From a virus (lineage: Duplodnaviria; Caudoviricetes), in IMG/VR virus record IMGVR_UViG_3300013232_000197, positions 17,008-81,007 of that record: 64,000 nt of DNA. One strand, written 5' to 3'. The notes under the pieces are model-generated. The model was not told the origin of the DNA and made no database searches. It worked only from the letters and a program-made list of their open reading frames with translations. This document shows, piece after piece, positions 6,796 through 16,281 of this stretch. The position numbers and the translations under genes were made by a program. Position 1 is the first letter of the stretch, and the number at the start of each line of letters is the position of its first letter.

Positions 6796-8355
6796 ATGAA
6801 GAACACTCGTACTGCAACTCGTAAAGCAACTCAGTTTGTCCCTATCTCCACTCCTGCCAATCCCTTCGTGAAGGCAATGCAGGTTCAATCTAACTATGGT
6901 TTGACCGAGAAGGGTGCCCTCACCAATCGCAGCACTTTGAATGAAGTGTTGGACTTCTTTGGTGCTGGTGGAGCTATTCGTACCCGTTCAGATGCGGACG
7001 TTATCGCTCTTTTCTCCAAGGCATTCGCTCAGGACCGTCTTTTGGCCACCAAGATTCTGTTTTATTTCCGTGATGTCCGTCAGGGACAAGGAGAGCGTAA
7101 GACCTTCCGCACTTTGATCAAGTGGCTTGCTCAAAACTATACTGATGTGGTTCGTAGGAACCTCGAAAACATCGCTTTCTATGGTCGCTATGACGACATG
7201 TACGCCCTTATGGGTACTCCCCTTGAGGCAGAAGTGTTTGCTCTGTTTGCAACTCAGTTGAAGGCCGACCTTCGCAACATGAAGAAGGGAGAAAGTGTAT
7301 CTTTGCTCGCCAAGTGGTTGAAGTCTGAGAATACTTCTTCTCCTGAGTCTCGTGCCTTGGGTTACAAGACCCGTAAGGCATTGGAGTTGACGCCGAAGCG
7401 TTATCGTAAGATTCTGTCGGCACTCCGTAAGCATATTGATGTTCTTGAAGTCAAGATGTGTTCCAACGAGTGGGCCAGCATTAACTTTGAGAAGGTACCT
7501 TCCAAGGCATCTCTCAATTACCGCAAGGCTTTTGGTAAGCACGACCAAGAGCGTTATGCTGCCTATCTCAAGTCAGTTGAGAAGGGCGATGCTAAGATCC
7601 AGGCGGGGGCAGTATATCCTTACGAAATCCTTCGTGCCATCATTGGAAAAAGTTCGTGGGGTCTCAGTGCTGTGTCCGTGGATCCACAAGCAGCCTTGGC
7701 CGCAGACCTTATGTGGAAGGCAATGCCTAACTGGCTTGCTGGAAATGAACACTATGGGCTTGTCATCGCCGACGTGTCGGGTTCTATGTTCACCAATGAC
7801 ATGCTCCCAATCTTGGTGTCGGTATCTCTTGCAATGTATTTTGCTGAGCGCAATGTAGGTCCTTTCAAGGACTTCTGGATGAATTTCAGTGGCTCGCCCA
7901 CGTTCCAGAAGTTGGTTGGTAACAACCTCCTTGAAAAGTATAACAACATGGATAAGCGCAACTGGTCCGGTACGACTAACCTCCAGTCGGCCTTTGACCT
8001 TATCCTTTCAACCGCAGTACAAAACAAGGTTCCTCAGAAGGAAATGCCTTCGTGTTTGTATATTGTTTCGGACATGGAGTTTGATCAAGCTTGCGAAAGC
8101 AACAGCAAGACCAACTTCGATGTTATGAAGCGTAAGTTTGAGCGTTATGGATACGAACTGCCTCGGGTAGTTTGGTGGAACGTCGCTTCTCGCAATGACA
8201 ACTTCCCAATTCGTGCAGACGAAAACGGAACTGCATTGGTATCGGGTGCTTCACCAAGCATCCTCAAGTTTTTGCTCAGTGCGAAGAGCTTCAGTCCAAT
8301 GGACATCGTTTACGAGACGGTTAATAGCCCTCGTTACGAGCGTGTCGTTGTGTAA
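6796..8355 (+). CDS. DUF2828-family TROVE-like (Ro60-related) protein with a vWA domain
   Basis: LTEKGA, FYFRDVRQGQGER, YGRYDD, AKWLKSE, VPSKA, AGAVYPYEI; vWA MIDAS DVSGSM, TNLQ, SDMEFD. Confidence 0.85.
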   Translation: MKNTRTATRKATQFVPISTPANPFVKAMQVQSNYGLTEKGALTNRSTLNEVLDFFGAGGAIRTRSDADVIALFSKAFAQDRLLATKILFYFRDVRQGQGERKTFRTLIKWLAQNYTDVVRRNLENIAFYGRYDDMYALMGTPLEAEVFALFATQLKADLRNMKKGESVSLLAKWLKSENTSSPESRALGYKTRKALELTPKRYRKILSALRKHIDVLEVKMCSNEWASINFEKVPSKASLNYRKAFGKHDQERYAAYLKSVEKGDAKIQAGAVYPYEILRAIIGKSSWGLSAVSVDPQAALAADLMWKAMPNWLAGNEHYGLVIADVSGSMFTNDMLPILVSVSLAMYFAERNVGPFKDFWMNFSGSPTFQKLVGNNLLEKYNNMDKRNWSGTTNLQSAFDLILSTAVQNKVPQKEMPSCLYIVSDMEFDQACESNSKTNFDVMKRKFERYGYELPRVVWWNVASRNDNFPIRADENGTALVSGASPSILKFLLSAKSFSPMDIVYETVNSPRYERVVV

Positions 8356-8377
8356 ACAATGAGTGTAGAAAACCAAG

Positions 8378-8408
8378 GACCCTCGCCTTCGGGCGGGGGT
8401 CTTTTATT
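8378..8408 (+). terminator. intrinsic terminator
   Basis: GACCCTCGCC-TTCG-GGCGGGGGTC followed by TTTTATTT. Confidence 0.85.
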
Positions 8409-8410
8409 TC

Positions 8411-8439
8411 TTGACAGCAAGTTGGTTTTGTGGTATAGT
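8411..8439 (+). promoter_or_regulatory. promoter TTGACA-17-TATAGT
   Basis: Directly after the terminator. Confidence 0.75.
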
Positions 8440-8478
8440 TATGGAAAGATGGTTTAATTGATTATCTGCTTAATAGTT

Positions 8479-9786
8479 ATGAATTCACGCAATCCAAACA
8501 CGGCCAAAACATTGGCCAAAAAATACTCATTGGCTACTTCGTCTAAACGAGCACATTCTGTCTTTGTGGGCAGTGTGCCAACCGAAATAGTCAACGACAT
8601 TGTAAACGCAACTCTTTTTCATGCTTATGAGAAGTTGAATCAGAAAGTTCGGGAGCAATGGTTACGAACAAAGAGGGTTCCTCGGGAGTATGAGGAACTT
8701 ATTCGGCTGAAACAGCCGGGAAGAAAACGATTTCCAATGAATTTTGAAACGGATAGCATAAAGGGTGTCAATCCCCAACTATTGGCGGAATGGAAGAACA
8801 AAGTGGTGTGCATGGACTGCGTTGAAGGTATGAGGCAACTGCCCGAGGCATGTACCGATTTAGTTGTATTTTCTCCACCATACGATGCTTTGCGGACATA
8901 TGAAGGGAAGCCAGAATTCGACCTCCATCGCACGGGAGAGCAAGTGTACCGCATTCTTAAAGATGGTGGTATGTGTGCTATGGTCATTCAAGACCAGACC
9001 AAGGATTTTGGAAAATCCATGACCAGCTTCAAGACTGCGGTAGATTGGGTTGAACGTTTTGGATTCAAACTTTTTGAATGCGTTATCTATCATAAGAATG
9101 GCACCGAGGGAGCGTGGTGGAAGAATAGGTTTCGGGTTGACCACGAGTACATCTTTCTCTTTTTGAAGGGCGCACGTCCACTCTATTTCAATAAAGAGCC
9201 GTTGAAGATTCTGAGCAAGCATGGTGGAAAGGTCATGAGTGGTTTCGCTACTCGCAAAACCAACGGGAAAACTAACAAGTCTATCACCAAGATGATTAAC
9301 CCAACCAAGTGTCGTGGAACGGTGTGGGACTATATGTGTGCAGGCGACAAGAATAAAATCAAACGACAACATCCCGCCCCGTTTCCGGACAAAATTCCCT
9401 ATGACTTGATTCAATGTTTCTGCCCCGAAGGTGGATTGGTAATTGACCCATATATGGGAAGCGGATCAACCGCTGTGGCAGCGATAAAGCTTAATAAGTC
9501 ATTTATGGGGTTTGACATATCTCAGAACTACATTACTGAGATTTCCGAAAAGAGAATTGCCGAGGCATACGCTCAGTTGAAGGAACCGCTCGCCATCTCT
9601 CCGGTAATGGATGATGCCGATGCATTGACTGCCAAAGCGGGTGGCATCTGCCAAACAGTCATTGACCTTATGGACAGCAATCTCACAGAAGACGAGAAGA
9701 AATCTATACTTAAACAGTTTGAAACTTTAACAAAAGAAACCTTAATTCAAATCAATGATAACTCAAACACAAATTCTAGCGAGTAG
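8479..9786 (+). CDS. orphan DNA methyltransferase (beta class) with N- and C-terminal extensions
   Basis: VFSPPYD, HPAPFPD, DPYMGSGST. Confidence 0.9.
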   Translation: MNSRNPNTAKTLAKKYSLATSSKRAHSVFVGSVPTEIVNDIVNATLFHAYEKLNQKVREQWLRTKRVPREYEELIRLKQPGRKRFPMNFETDSIKGVNPQLLAEWKNKVVCMDCVEGMRQLPEACTDLVVFSPPYDALRTYEGKPEFDLHRTGEQVYRILKDGGMCAMVIQDQTKDFGKSMTSFKTAVDWVERFGFKLFECVIYHKNGTEGAWWKNRFRVDHEYIFLFLKGARPLYFNKEPLKILSKHGGKVMSGFATRKTNGKTNKSITKMINPTKCRGTVWDYMCAGDKNKIKRQHPAPFPDKIPYDLIQCFCPEGGLVIDPYMGSGSTAVAAIKLNKSFMGFDISQNYITEISEKRIAEAYAQLKEPLAISPVMDDADALTAKAGGICQTVIDLMDSNLTEDEKKSILKQFETLTKETLIQINDNSNTNSSE

Positions 9787-10780
9787 GCCATGGTTGCAAG
9801 ACCTCAAAAACGGTAAAGGATGTGACATTGTAATTGGTCCAGATGCCGATGGATGGATGTCGGGGTTGTATCTCACTAATATGGGAGCAACTGTACGAGG
9901 ATTTTACAATAACCGTCAATTAGTTGTTTCATCCGACTGTGATAGAAATGAGCTTAAGTACATAGATGTAGATATAAAACTTCCCTCTGTCGTTTCAGTG
10001 GGACATCACATCACGTCGTATTCTAAAAAAAATAGTGTGGCGTCGTCGTATCACCCACAGGGAATTCACATCAATGACATGTATTCGGTAGTTGTTAAGG
10101 ATAAGGATCCCAAGAAAAGTTTTTCATATAAGTATCCCCTCAACACCACGTTATGGTTTTTGTGGCTTTTTGAATATGATATAGCATCTTTTACGGATGC
10201 TCAAAAAGACTACATACTTCAAGCCGATGGGGTTAGCAATAACAATTGGAATTACGGTCATTCGGTTCGGCATTGGATATACACGGCGTTTCCTTCTTTA
10301 GAAGAAATGTTTATATTCAAAACTCATAACCTGTTGGACCATTCCAAATACCTTTGTGAATACCGTGAACTTCGCAAACAGCACATTGAAACTCAAGCCG
10401 ATGGTCAAGGCAAAGGAATTGAAAAGGTAAAGGTTCTGGCGGCTGATGACAAAGGAAACTTCACACTTAATCAATTAGGTTATCTCAAAGCCCTTGGTGA
10501 AAGTATTGGGTTTCCGTTCATTGAAGAGCGGTGGAAATGCTGGTCAAATATGAATACACATTCATTTTGGTCGAGGCATTTCAAACGATGTACTGTTACA
10601 TTCTCTCAGCGAATCATTCATAGTCCAAAGTCAATTTCTCTGGTGTTTTCAAACACTGCTGGAGAGTATGATTTTACATGGACGACACCCCCACGTATTA
10701 ACGCTGCGTTTGGTATTGACAAACCCCCCCGTCGTGTGATAAGCTACTCTCTACTAAGTCTCCATAGTGGAGAAAACTGA
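9755..10780 (+). CDS. possible DHH-superfamily phosphoesterase
   Basis: GPDADG, YIDVD and VGHH resemble DHH motifs 1-3. Confidence 0.45.
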   Translation: MITQTQILASRPWLQDLKNGKGCDIVIGPDADGWMSGLYLTNMGATVRGFYNNRQLVVSSDCDRNELKYIDVDIKLPSVVSVGHHITSYSKKNSVASSYHPQGIHINDMYSVVVKDKDPKKSFSYKYPLNTTLWFLWLFEYDIASFTDAQKDYILQADGVSNNNWNYGHSVRHWIYTAFPSLEEMFIFKTHNLLDHSKYLCEYRELRKQHIETQADGQGKGIEKVKVLAADDKGNFTLNQLGYLKALGESIGFPFIEERWKCWSNMNTHSFWSRHFKRCTVTFSQRIIHSPKSISLVFSNTAGEYDFTWTTPPRINAAFGIDKPPRRVISYSLLSLHSGEN

Positions 10781-10810
10781 AATCAGTTCAAATCAAACAG
10801 AAATACAGTT

Positions 10811-10996
10811 ATGACAAAATCAAAACAACAGAGATTCGGTTTGTTCTATCGTTCTAATGGACGCTGGACTGGCCCCTATGCGGGTATGTCCTTCACCGCC
10901 TTCTCCCTCAAGCGAAACCCTGTCAAGGGTGACGTGAGTTGGTTGAAGAATTACATTCTCAAGTCCCGCATTCAGTTGCGGGCCGTTGAGGCGTAA
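10811..10996 (+). CDS. small basic hypothetical protein
   Basis: Packed ORF with phage-like codon usage. Confidence 0.55.
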   Translation: MTKSKQQRFGLFYRSNGRWTGPYAGMSFTAFSLKRNPVKGDVSWLKNYILKSRIQLRAVEA

Positions 10997-11012
10997 TCTG
11001 CGGAAGAACAAC

Positions 11013-11324
11013 GTGAATAATCAAACCACGTCCATAGTCAACCTTCGGCATCACCAAGCCGAAGTCAACTGTGGACGTGGTTCTCTTTTTGGCAACCCCT
11101 TCTCCCATGATCGCCTTGGCATCACACGAGACGAATGTTGTGAAAAGTTCGTTCCCTACTTCTATAAAAAGTTGCAGAATCCTGAGTTTCGTGCTAAGAT
11201 ATTGGCGTTGAAGGGACGAAAACTTGGTTGCTGGTGTAGATGTCTTCCCCACTGTGGAAATCCCAAATGTAAGTCACACCGCTGTCATCTGGAAACGATA
11301 GTCAACTACCTAGATAAGCAATGA
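11013..11324 (+). CDS. DUF4326-family protein
   Basis: GRGSLFGNPF...LKGRKLGCWC...CH. Confidence 0.8.
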   Translation: MNNQTTSIVNLRHHQAEVNCGRGSLFGNPFSHDRLGITRDECCEKFVPYFYKKLQNPEFRAKILALKGRKLGCWCRCLPHCGNPKCKSHRCHLETIVNYLDKQ

Positions 11325-11384
11325 AATGTCCGTGTCTGATAAATAAAATCATCTATTTTCATTGGTGTGGTATATTTATACCAT

Positions 11385-12056
11385 ATGAAGGAATATTCTA
11401 AAACCTGTCCGCTTTGCAAACATAAGCAAGTGTATTCAGATGAATATCATTTGAAAAGGGCAATAAATACCAATGCTTTATGTGTTAATTGTTCTCGTCA
11501 CTTACCATCGAAAAAGAAGCAAAATTTAAGTGGTAATGTCTATGGACACTTGAAAGTTATTGTTTTAGACCACATCAAAAATGGACATCAATATTGGAAA
11601 TGTAAATGTGATTGTGGAACTGAAACTGTAGTTAAACATTCTCATCTTACAGGTCACACGGTCAGAACATGTGGGTGTAGTCATTTAGTATTACAGGATA
11701 AGCATCCACATTGGAAAGGATATAAGGAAATATCTGGTGCTTATTTCAGTGTTGTGAAACGAAGTGCAAAAAAGAGAAATCTTCCATTTGATTTGACTAT
11801 CGAAGAAATGTGGAGTATTTTTGAAAAGCAAAATCGAAGATGTGCATTGACTGGCGAATTACTCGAATTCAACAAATGTTTGCGAAGTACTAACGGAACC
11901 GCATCATTGGATAGAATAGATAGTTCCAAGGGATATACCATTGGCAATGTTCAATGGGTGCATAAGTTCATAAATACTATGAAACAGGATTTAACAGAAA
12001 AAGAATTTGCGAGATATTGCCAAATGGTTGTTGATTTCCGAAAGGATTTATTATGA
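11385..12056 (+). CDS. free-standing HNH (His-Me finger) homing endonuclease
   Basis: WKCKCDCG, CALTG, SLDRIDSSKGYTIGNVQWVHKFINTMK; ATATTTAT motif upstream. Confidence 0.85.
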   Translation: MKEYSKTCPLCKHKQVYSDEYHLKRAINTNALCVNCSRHLPSKKKQNLSGNVYGHLKVIVLDHIKNGHQYWKCKCDCGTETVVKHSHLTGHTVRTCGCSHLVLQDKHPHWKGYKEISGAYFSVVKRSAKKRNLPFDLTIEEMWSIFEKQNRRCALTGELLEFNKCLRSTNGTASLDRIDSSKGYTIGNVQWVHKFINTMKQDLTEKEFARYCQMVVDFRKDLL

Positions 12057-12784
12057 AGCCACAACTTATCATATTACTGCGCCACGGACAATCACAGGGC
12101 AACGTGGACCGAAACATTTACCAAACGCTTCCTGATTATGCTTTGCAGTTGACCGAACTTGGGCAACAACAAGCAGAAGAGGCGGGGTCCAAAATCCACT
12201 CTATCATTGGATTCCCACATCAATCCATTCAGTTCTATGTCTCTCCCTTCTGGCGCACTCGTCAGACTTACCTTGCTATCAAAAAGCAGCTTTCTTCCAG
12301 TAAGGTTAGATATTATGAAGACCCTCGCTTGCGAGAACAAGAGTGGAGCCGCTCGGTATCTCGTCCAGTGGATGAAGCAGAACGTGATAGTTATGGTCAT
12401 TTCTACTATCGTTTCAATGGCGGAGAATCCTGTGCGGATACCTTTGATCGGGTGAGTGATTTCATGGGCACAATGTACCGTGATTTCAAGAAGAAAGAGT
12501 TTCCTCGCAATGCCATTGTGGTAACACACGGAATGACGATGCGCCTGTTTATCATGCGATGGTTTCATTGCTCAGTGGAAGAGTTTGAATCGTGGGCCAA
12601 TCCAAAGAACTGTGAGTTTTTTGTATTGCAACTTCAAGAGGGTGAAAAGTATGAGTTGATGACTCCGTTGCGAAAACACGACATCAAACATCCCTATCAG
12701 TTTCCTTTCAATGGAAATGCTGAACATTTTCCATTCACTCACAAACTGCCTTATGAAAACAAAGACCTCAAGACAGACGAATAA
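12053..12784 (+). CDS. histidine phosphatase (phosphoglycerate-mutase superfamily)
   Basis: LLRHGQS, SPFWRTRQT, LREQEW, GGES, VVTHG. Confidence 0.88.
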   Translation: MKPQLIILLRHGQSQGNVDRNIYQTLPDYALQLTELGQQQAEEAGSKIHSIIGFPHQSIQFYVSPFWRTRQTYLAIKKQLSSSKVRYYEDPRLREQEWSRSVSRPVDEAERDSYGHFYYRFNGGESCADTFDRVSDFMGTMYRDFKKKEFPRNAIVVTHGMTMRLFIMRWFHCSVEEFESWANPKNCEFFVLQLQEGEKYELMTPLRKHDIKHPYQFPFNGNAEHFPFTHKLPYENKDLKTDE

Positions 12785-12805
12785 AAATTTACTGAGTCGA
12801 AAACA

Positions 12806-13141
12806 ATGAAAAATACATTTGGAAAATCGCTATCCGCTGAACGGCTGGAAGAACTACTGGAAAATAATCCTTCAGCCCGCAGAAAAGTCTCAACCCTTCT
12901 CAGCACCTATACCAATCACTTGTTGTTGGTTACTCAAGCAAAAAATCCTAGCACGGTGAGACTGTGTATGGATTTGTTGCGTGATTACACATTGAATAGG
13001 GTGGACATAAAGGTGAACCTCAGTCCTGATATTCGTACTTATACCAAAAACGTCATTATTGCTCGTTACCGAGCGTTTCGCCACGGGTTTGATACGGTAT
13101 CCAAGATGATGAAGCGTTTGGAGGACGATAATACTCCTTGA
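12806..13141 (+). CDS. hypothetical protein
   Basis: Packed ORF. Confidence 0.6.
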   Translation: MKNTFGKSLSAERLEELLENNPSARRKVSTLLSTYTNHLLLVTQAKNPSTVRLCMDLLRDYTLNRVDIKVNLSPDIRTYTKNVIIARYRAFRHGFDTVSKMMKRLEDDNTP

Positions 13142-13174
13142 CATTTTCACTTACATCTGTTACCTTGTACTCTT

Positions 13175-13384
13175 ATGGATTTATACTACATCAAAGCAAA
13201 GATTAGCGTTCGTGTGGAGGGGATTTCAGGTCCGTTTAATGAAACCCTTTCAGCATTGGTTCGTGGCGTTTCTACCGAAAATGCAAAGGTCAAGTTTGAG
13301 GCGTATGTCAAACAGCATTATGCTCATATGCAAGCCAGGAAAATAGATTTTGAATATCTCGAAGTGGCGGGTGAAATCAAATAA
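13175..13384 (+). CDS. hypothetical protein
   Basis: Promoter TTGACA-17-TACCTT (13138-13166) 8 nt upstream. Confidence 0.65.
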   Translation: MDLYYIKAKISVRVEGISGPFNETLSALVRGVSTENAKVKFEAYVKQHYAHMQARKIDFEYLEVAGEIK

Positions 13385-13399
13385 CCATCAAATACGCAA

Positions 13400-14029
13400 A
13401 TGACTCTGCGACAACTACTTAAATCGGTTGACCTTGATAAGGTATTCGTTCTAATCAATAAGAAGGATAGCAAGGACATCGCAAGGCGTCCTACAATGGA
13501 GCAGACGACTTTTTCATATAGGAAAGTTGTTAATGAATTGTTGGATAAGCCCCAGACACGAAAATATCACTTGCCTATCCTCGTAAAGTGGAGTGAGGAC
13601 TGGTACGATCATCATAAGTACCCTGATGTTTGTTTTCTCAATCCCAAGCATGTTGCTCCACCCAAGGGATACAAACCTTGGGGTGGAAACAAGAACATGC
13701 CGCCCAAGCATTACAACTGCAATCTCAATAAGTATAATAAAACGTTTGCGATGGGGTTTACTTCGTGGAGCAAAATCATTGATACTCCCGTGGTGAATGA
13801 TGGTGAGTTTTCCTATGAGCAATTAGCTGCTGAAATCCTGTGGGAACTTACCTTCTACGGATGGACCGAGAAAACGGTTGACGTGCAGGTGAAAAAAATC
13901 GAAGGCAAAATAAAAAAGGCAATGAAAGAAGTGAAGGCGGGTAAATACGTTGAACTTCCTCCTAAAAAGAAGGATAAATATAAAATTGTCATTCCTAATT
14001 GTCTTGTCAAACAACTCACCAGAAAATAA
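13400..14029 (+). CDS. hypothetical protein (possibly DUF6557-like)
   Basis: LAAEILWELTFYGW motif; family name is from memory only. Confidence 0.55.
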   Translation: MTLRQLLKSVDLDKVFVLINKKDSKDIARRPTMEQTTFSYRKVVNELLDKPQTRKYHLPILVKWSEDWYDHHKYPDVCFLNPKHVAPPKGYKPWGGNKNMPPKHYNCNLNKYNKTFAMGFTSWSKIIDTPVVNDGEFSYEQLAAEILWELTFYGWTEKTVDVQVKKIEGKIKKAMKEVKAGKYVELPPKKKDKYKIVIPNCLVKQLTRK

Positions 14030-14057
14030 GATGTTAGAGACTTGATAAAATAAGGTC

Positions 14058-14086
14058 TTGACAAGTTGGCCTTCGTAGTTTAGAAT
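14058..14086 (+). promoter_or_regulatory. promoter TTGACA-17-TAGAAT for the J-kinase operon
   Basis: 7 nt before ATG 14094. Confidence 0.75.
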
Positions 14087-14093
14087 GTGTGCC

Positions 14094-15107
14094 ATGATTA
14101 AGACAGATTGGTATCAGGTTCTTGAAGTTAATCCCCGAGCTAGACCCGAAGTGATTACTGCGGCGTACCATGCTCTGATGAAACAACATCATCCCGACGT
14201 TGACCACGCTACGGTTGGTGTTGTTGCTCGTGATCTCAATGAAGCCCACGATACTTTGACTGACCCTCGCAAGCGTAAGGAGTTTGACCGAGAGCGTAGT
14301 CCGGGTGCTGGCAAGATGATTGGGCCGTACAAGGTACAGGAAATCATTGCCGAAGGCGGATTTGGACGTACCTACAAAGCACAGCATTCCATTCTCAAAG
14401 AGTTGGTTTGCATCAAAGACTGCTCCAATGTTTCTCTCGCCGACACTGGAATGCTTATTGAAGAGTGTAAAGTACTGTGGGATTTGCGTCATTATGCCCT
14501 TCCTGCTATGCGTGATTTGATACAGTTAGATGACGGTCGGGTGCTGCTTGTTATGAGCTATATTCCCGGTCTAACTTTGGAAAAGGAAGTCAAGCGAGTC
14601 GGTGCATTGGAGCCAGAAACCGTTGCTTGGATTACTGAGCGTATTCTGAATGCTCTTAACTATATCCATCGCCACGGTGTCATTCACGGAGATTTGAAGC
14701 CCCAGAATATCATTGTGCAAGAAGATCGGCACATGGCGGTCTTGGTGGATTTTGGTCTTTCCTTGGTCAAGCCTTCAAGTGCTTCCGAAGCAAAAGGATT
14801 TACTCCTTACTTTGCCCCTCCCGAAGAGATTGCGGGCAGACCGCTCATTCCTGAGTCTGATTACTACAGTCTTGGAATGACGATGATTTATGCTTTATCG
14901 GGTGGTCCCGAGTACGTAGAGCGAAAGCAAGTACCCAGTGATGTCCCCGATGAACTTTGTGCTTTCATTAAGCGATTGATTGCACGAGATGTAAACTCCA
15001 GACCTCAGTATGGCAAAGAGGATCTTTGTGATACTATTGTGGAGTTGCGAAAGAAAGTGTTTGGACGCCATCGTTCAGGCATGAAACCCATCGCTGGAGT
15101 TAGTTAA
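14094..15107 (+). CDS. J-domain (DnaJ) fused to a Ser/Thr protein kinase
   Basis: DWYQVLEV..HHPDV (HPD motif); kinase GGFGRTY, VCIK, HGDLKPQN, DFG. Confidence 0.92.
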   Translation: MIKTDWYQVLEVNPRARPEVITAAYHALMKQHHPDVDHATVGVVARDLNEAHDTLTDPRKRKEFDRERSPGAGKMIGPYKVQEIIAEGGFGRTYKAQHSILKELVCIKDCSNVSLADTGMLIEECKVLWDLRHYALPAMRDLIQLDDGRVLLVMSYIPGLTLEKEVKRVGALEPETVAWITERILNALNYIHRHGVIHGDLKPQNIIVQEDRHMAVLVDFGLSLVKPSSASEAKGFTPYFAPPEEIAGRPLIPESDYYSLGMTMIYALSGGPEYVERKQVPSDVPDELCAFIKRLIARDVNSRPQYGKEDLCDTIVELRKKVFGRHRSGMKPIAGVS

Positions 15108-15121
15108 CAAAACAAAAACAT

Positions 15122-16120
15122 ATGTCAGAATCAGGCGATTACAATCCGGGTGTCTGGAAAGGACACGACTTCAAAAGTGCTCGTGCAACCTACGATGCTT
15201 ATGTGGGCCGAAGTTATAGCGATGCCGTCGCCGCAGGTAAAGGTACTAAAGACCTTATTGCGGAAAACGTCAAAACCAATAGCTCTGCTCCGCTTATCAT
15301 TGTCGTGGATGAAACGGGGTCTATGGGCGACTGGCCCGCAACAATTTTCTCTAAGCTTCCTTACCTTGAAAACGAAGGCAAAGAGTACTTGGGCGATGAT
15401 TTTGAGATTTGCTTTATGGCAATCGGGGATGCCTATTGCAGCAATGAAAAGTATCCTTTGCAAGTGCGTCCCTTCGCAAAGGGGCTTGAGCTTAAAGACC
15501 GACTCAAAGAGTTGGTGATCGAGGGCGGGGGTGGTGGACAGACCACAGAAACCTATGAGTTGGCGGCTTTGTTCGCCGCTCAAAAGGTGGAAATGCCCAA
15601 GGCAGTCAAACCTGTCATTATCTTCATAGGTGATGAACAGTGTTATGATACTATTTCACCCGACCACGCCAAAAAGTTGCTTGGCATAGACCTTCAAAGG
15701 TCGCTCTCTACCGAGGCAGTCTTCAAACAGCTTAAAGATAAGTACTCGGTGTACGTCATCCGTAAGCCCTATGGAAGTTCCTCTGGGAATACGTTGAGTG
15801 AGGAAGATCGTCGCATTTCGGCACACTGGGCACGGCTCATTGGTGATGACCATATCTCCAACTTGCCCGAAGCCAGCCGTGTTGTGGATGTTATCTTTGG
15901 TATTCTCGCCAAGGAAACTGGTCGTATTGCATACTTTGAACACGAGCTTGAGGACCGTCAGACTACTGATCAAGTCAAGGCTGTGTACAAGTCGCTGGCG
16001 ACTATTCACAAGATTCCCGATGCTGTGCGAGCCACGAGTGGAGCGGGCAAATCCGTCCTTCGCAAAAGTATGAAGAAGATTGGGGATGGAAGTTCCAAGT
16101 TGGTCAAACCCTTGATCTAA
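15122..16120 (+). CDS. vWA-domain protein
   Basis: MIDAS DETGSM, GGGG..E.YELAA, FIGDE. Confidence 0.82.
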   Translation: MSESGDYNPGVWKGHDFKSARATYDAYVGRSYSDAVAAGKGTKDLIAENVKTNSSAPLIIVVDETGSMGDWPATIFSKLPYLENEGKEYLGDDFEICFMAIGDAYCSNEKYPLQVRPFAKGLELKDRLKELVIEGGGGGQTTETYELAALFAAQKVEMPKAVKPVIIFIGDEQCYDTISPDHAKKLLGIDLQRSLSTEAVFKQLKDKYSVYVIRKPYGSSSGNTLSEEDRRISAHWARLIGDDHISNLPEASRVVDVIFGILAKETGRIAYFEHELEDRQTTDQVKAVYKSLATIHKIPDAVRATSGAGKSVLRKSMKKIGDGSSKLVKPLI

Positions 16121-16121
16121 C

Positions 16122-16280
16122 ATGGCTCTTTACCTTTGGTTATTCCGCCACGCTCCGTCGTCGCCACTCTGTTTATGGATGTGGCGACGATATGCGGCGG
16201 GAATGACGGTAACAAAGCACATGCAACGCCGTAACTGGAAACAAATGTTCATATGGATGCGGGCAACATTGTTAATGTAA
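16122..16280 (+). CDS. 52-aa Trp/Arg-rich small ORF containing a long hairpin
   Basis: MALYLWLFRHAPSSPLCLWMWRRYAAGMTVTKHMQRRNWKQMFIWMRATLLM exactly fills the gap between the neighbouring genes. Confidence 0.5.
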   Translation: MALYLWLFRHAPSSPLCLWMWRRYAAGMTVTKHMQRRNWKQMFIWMRATLLM

Positions 16281-16281
16281 T

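Noticed and set aside
3507-9786. Restriction-modification system
   Set aside because: No recognisable restriction endonuclease lies adjacent to the methyltransferases
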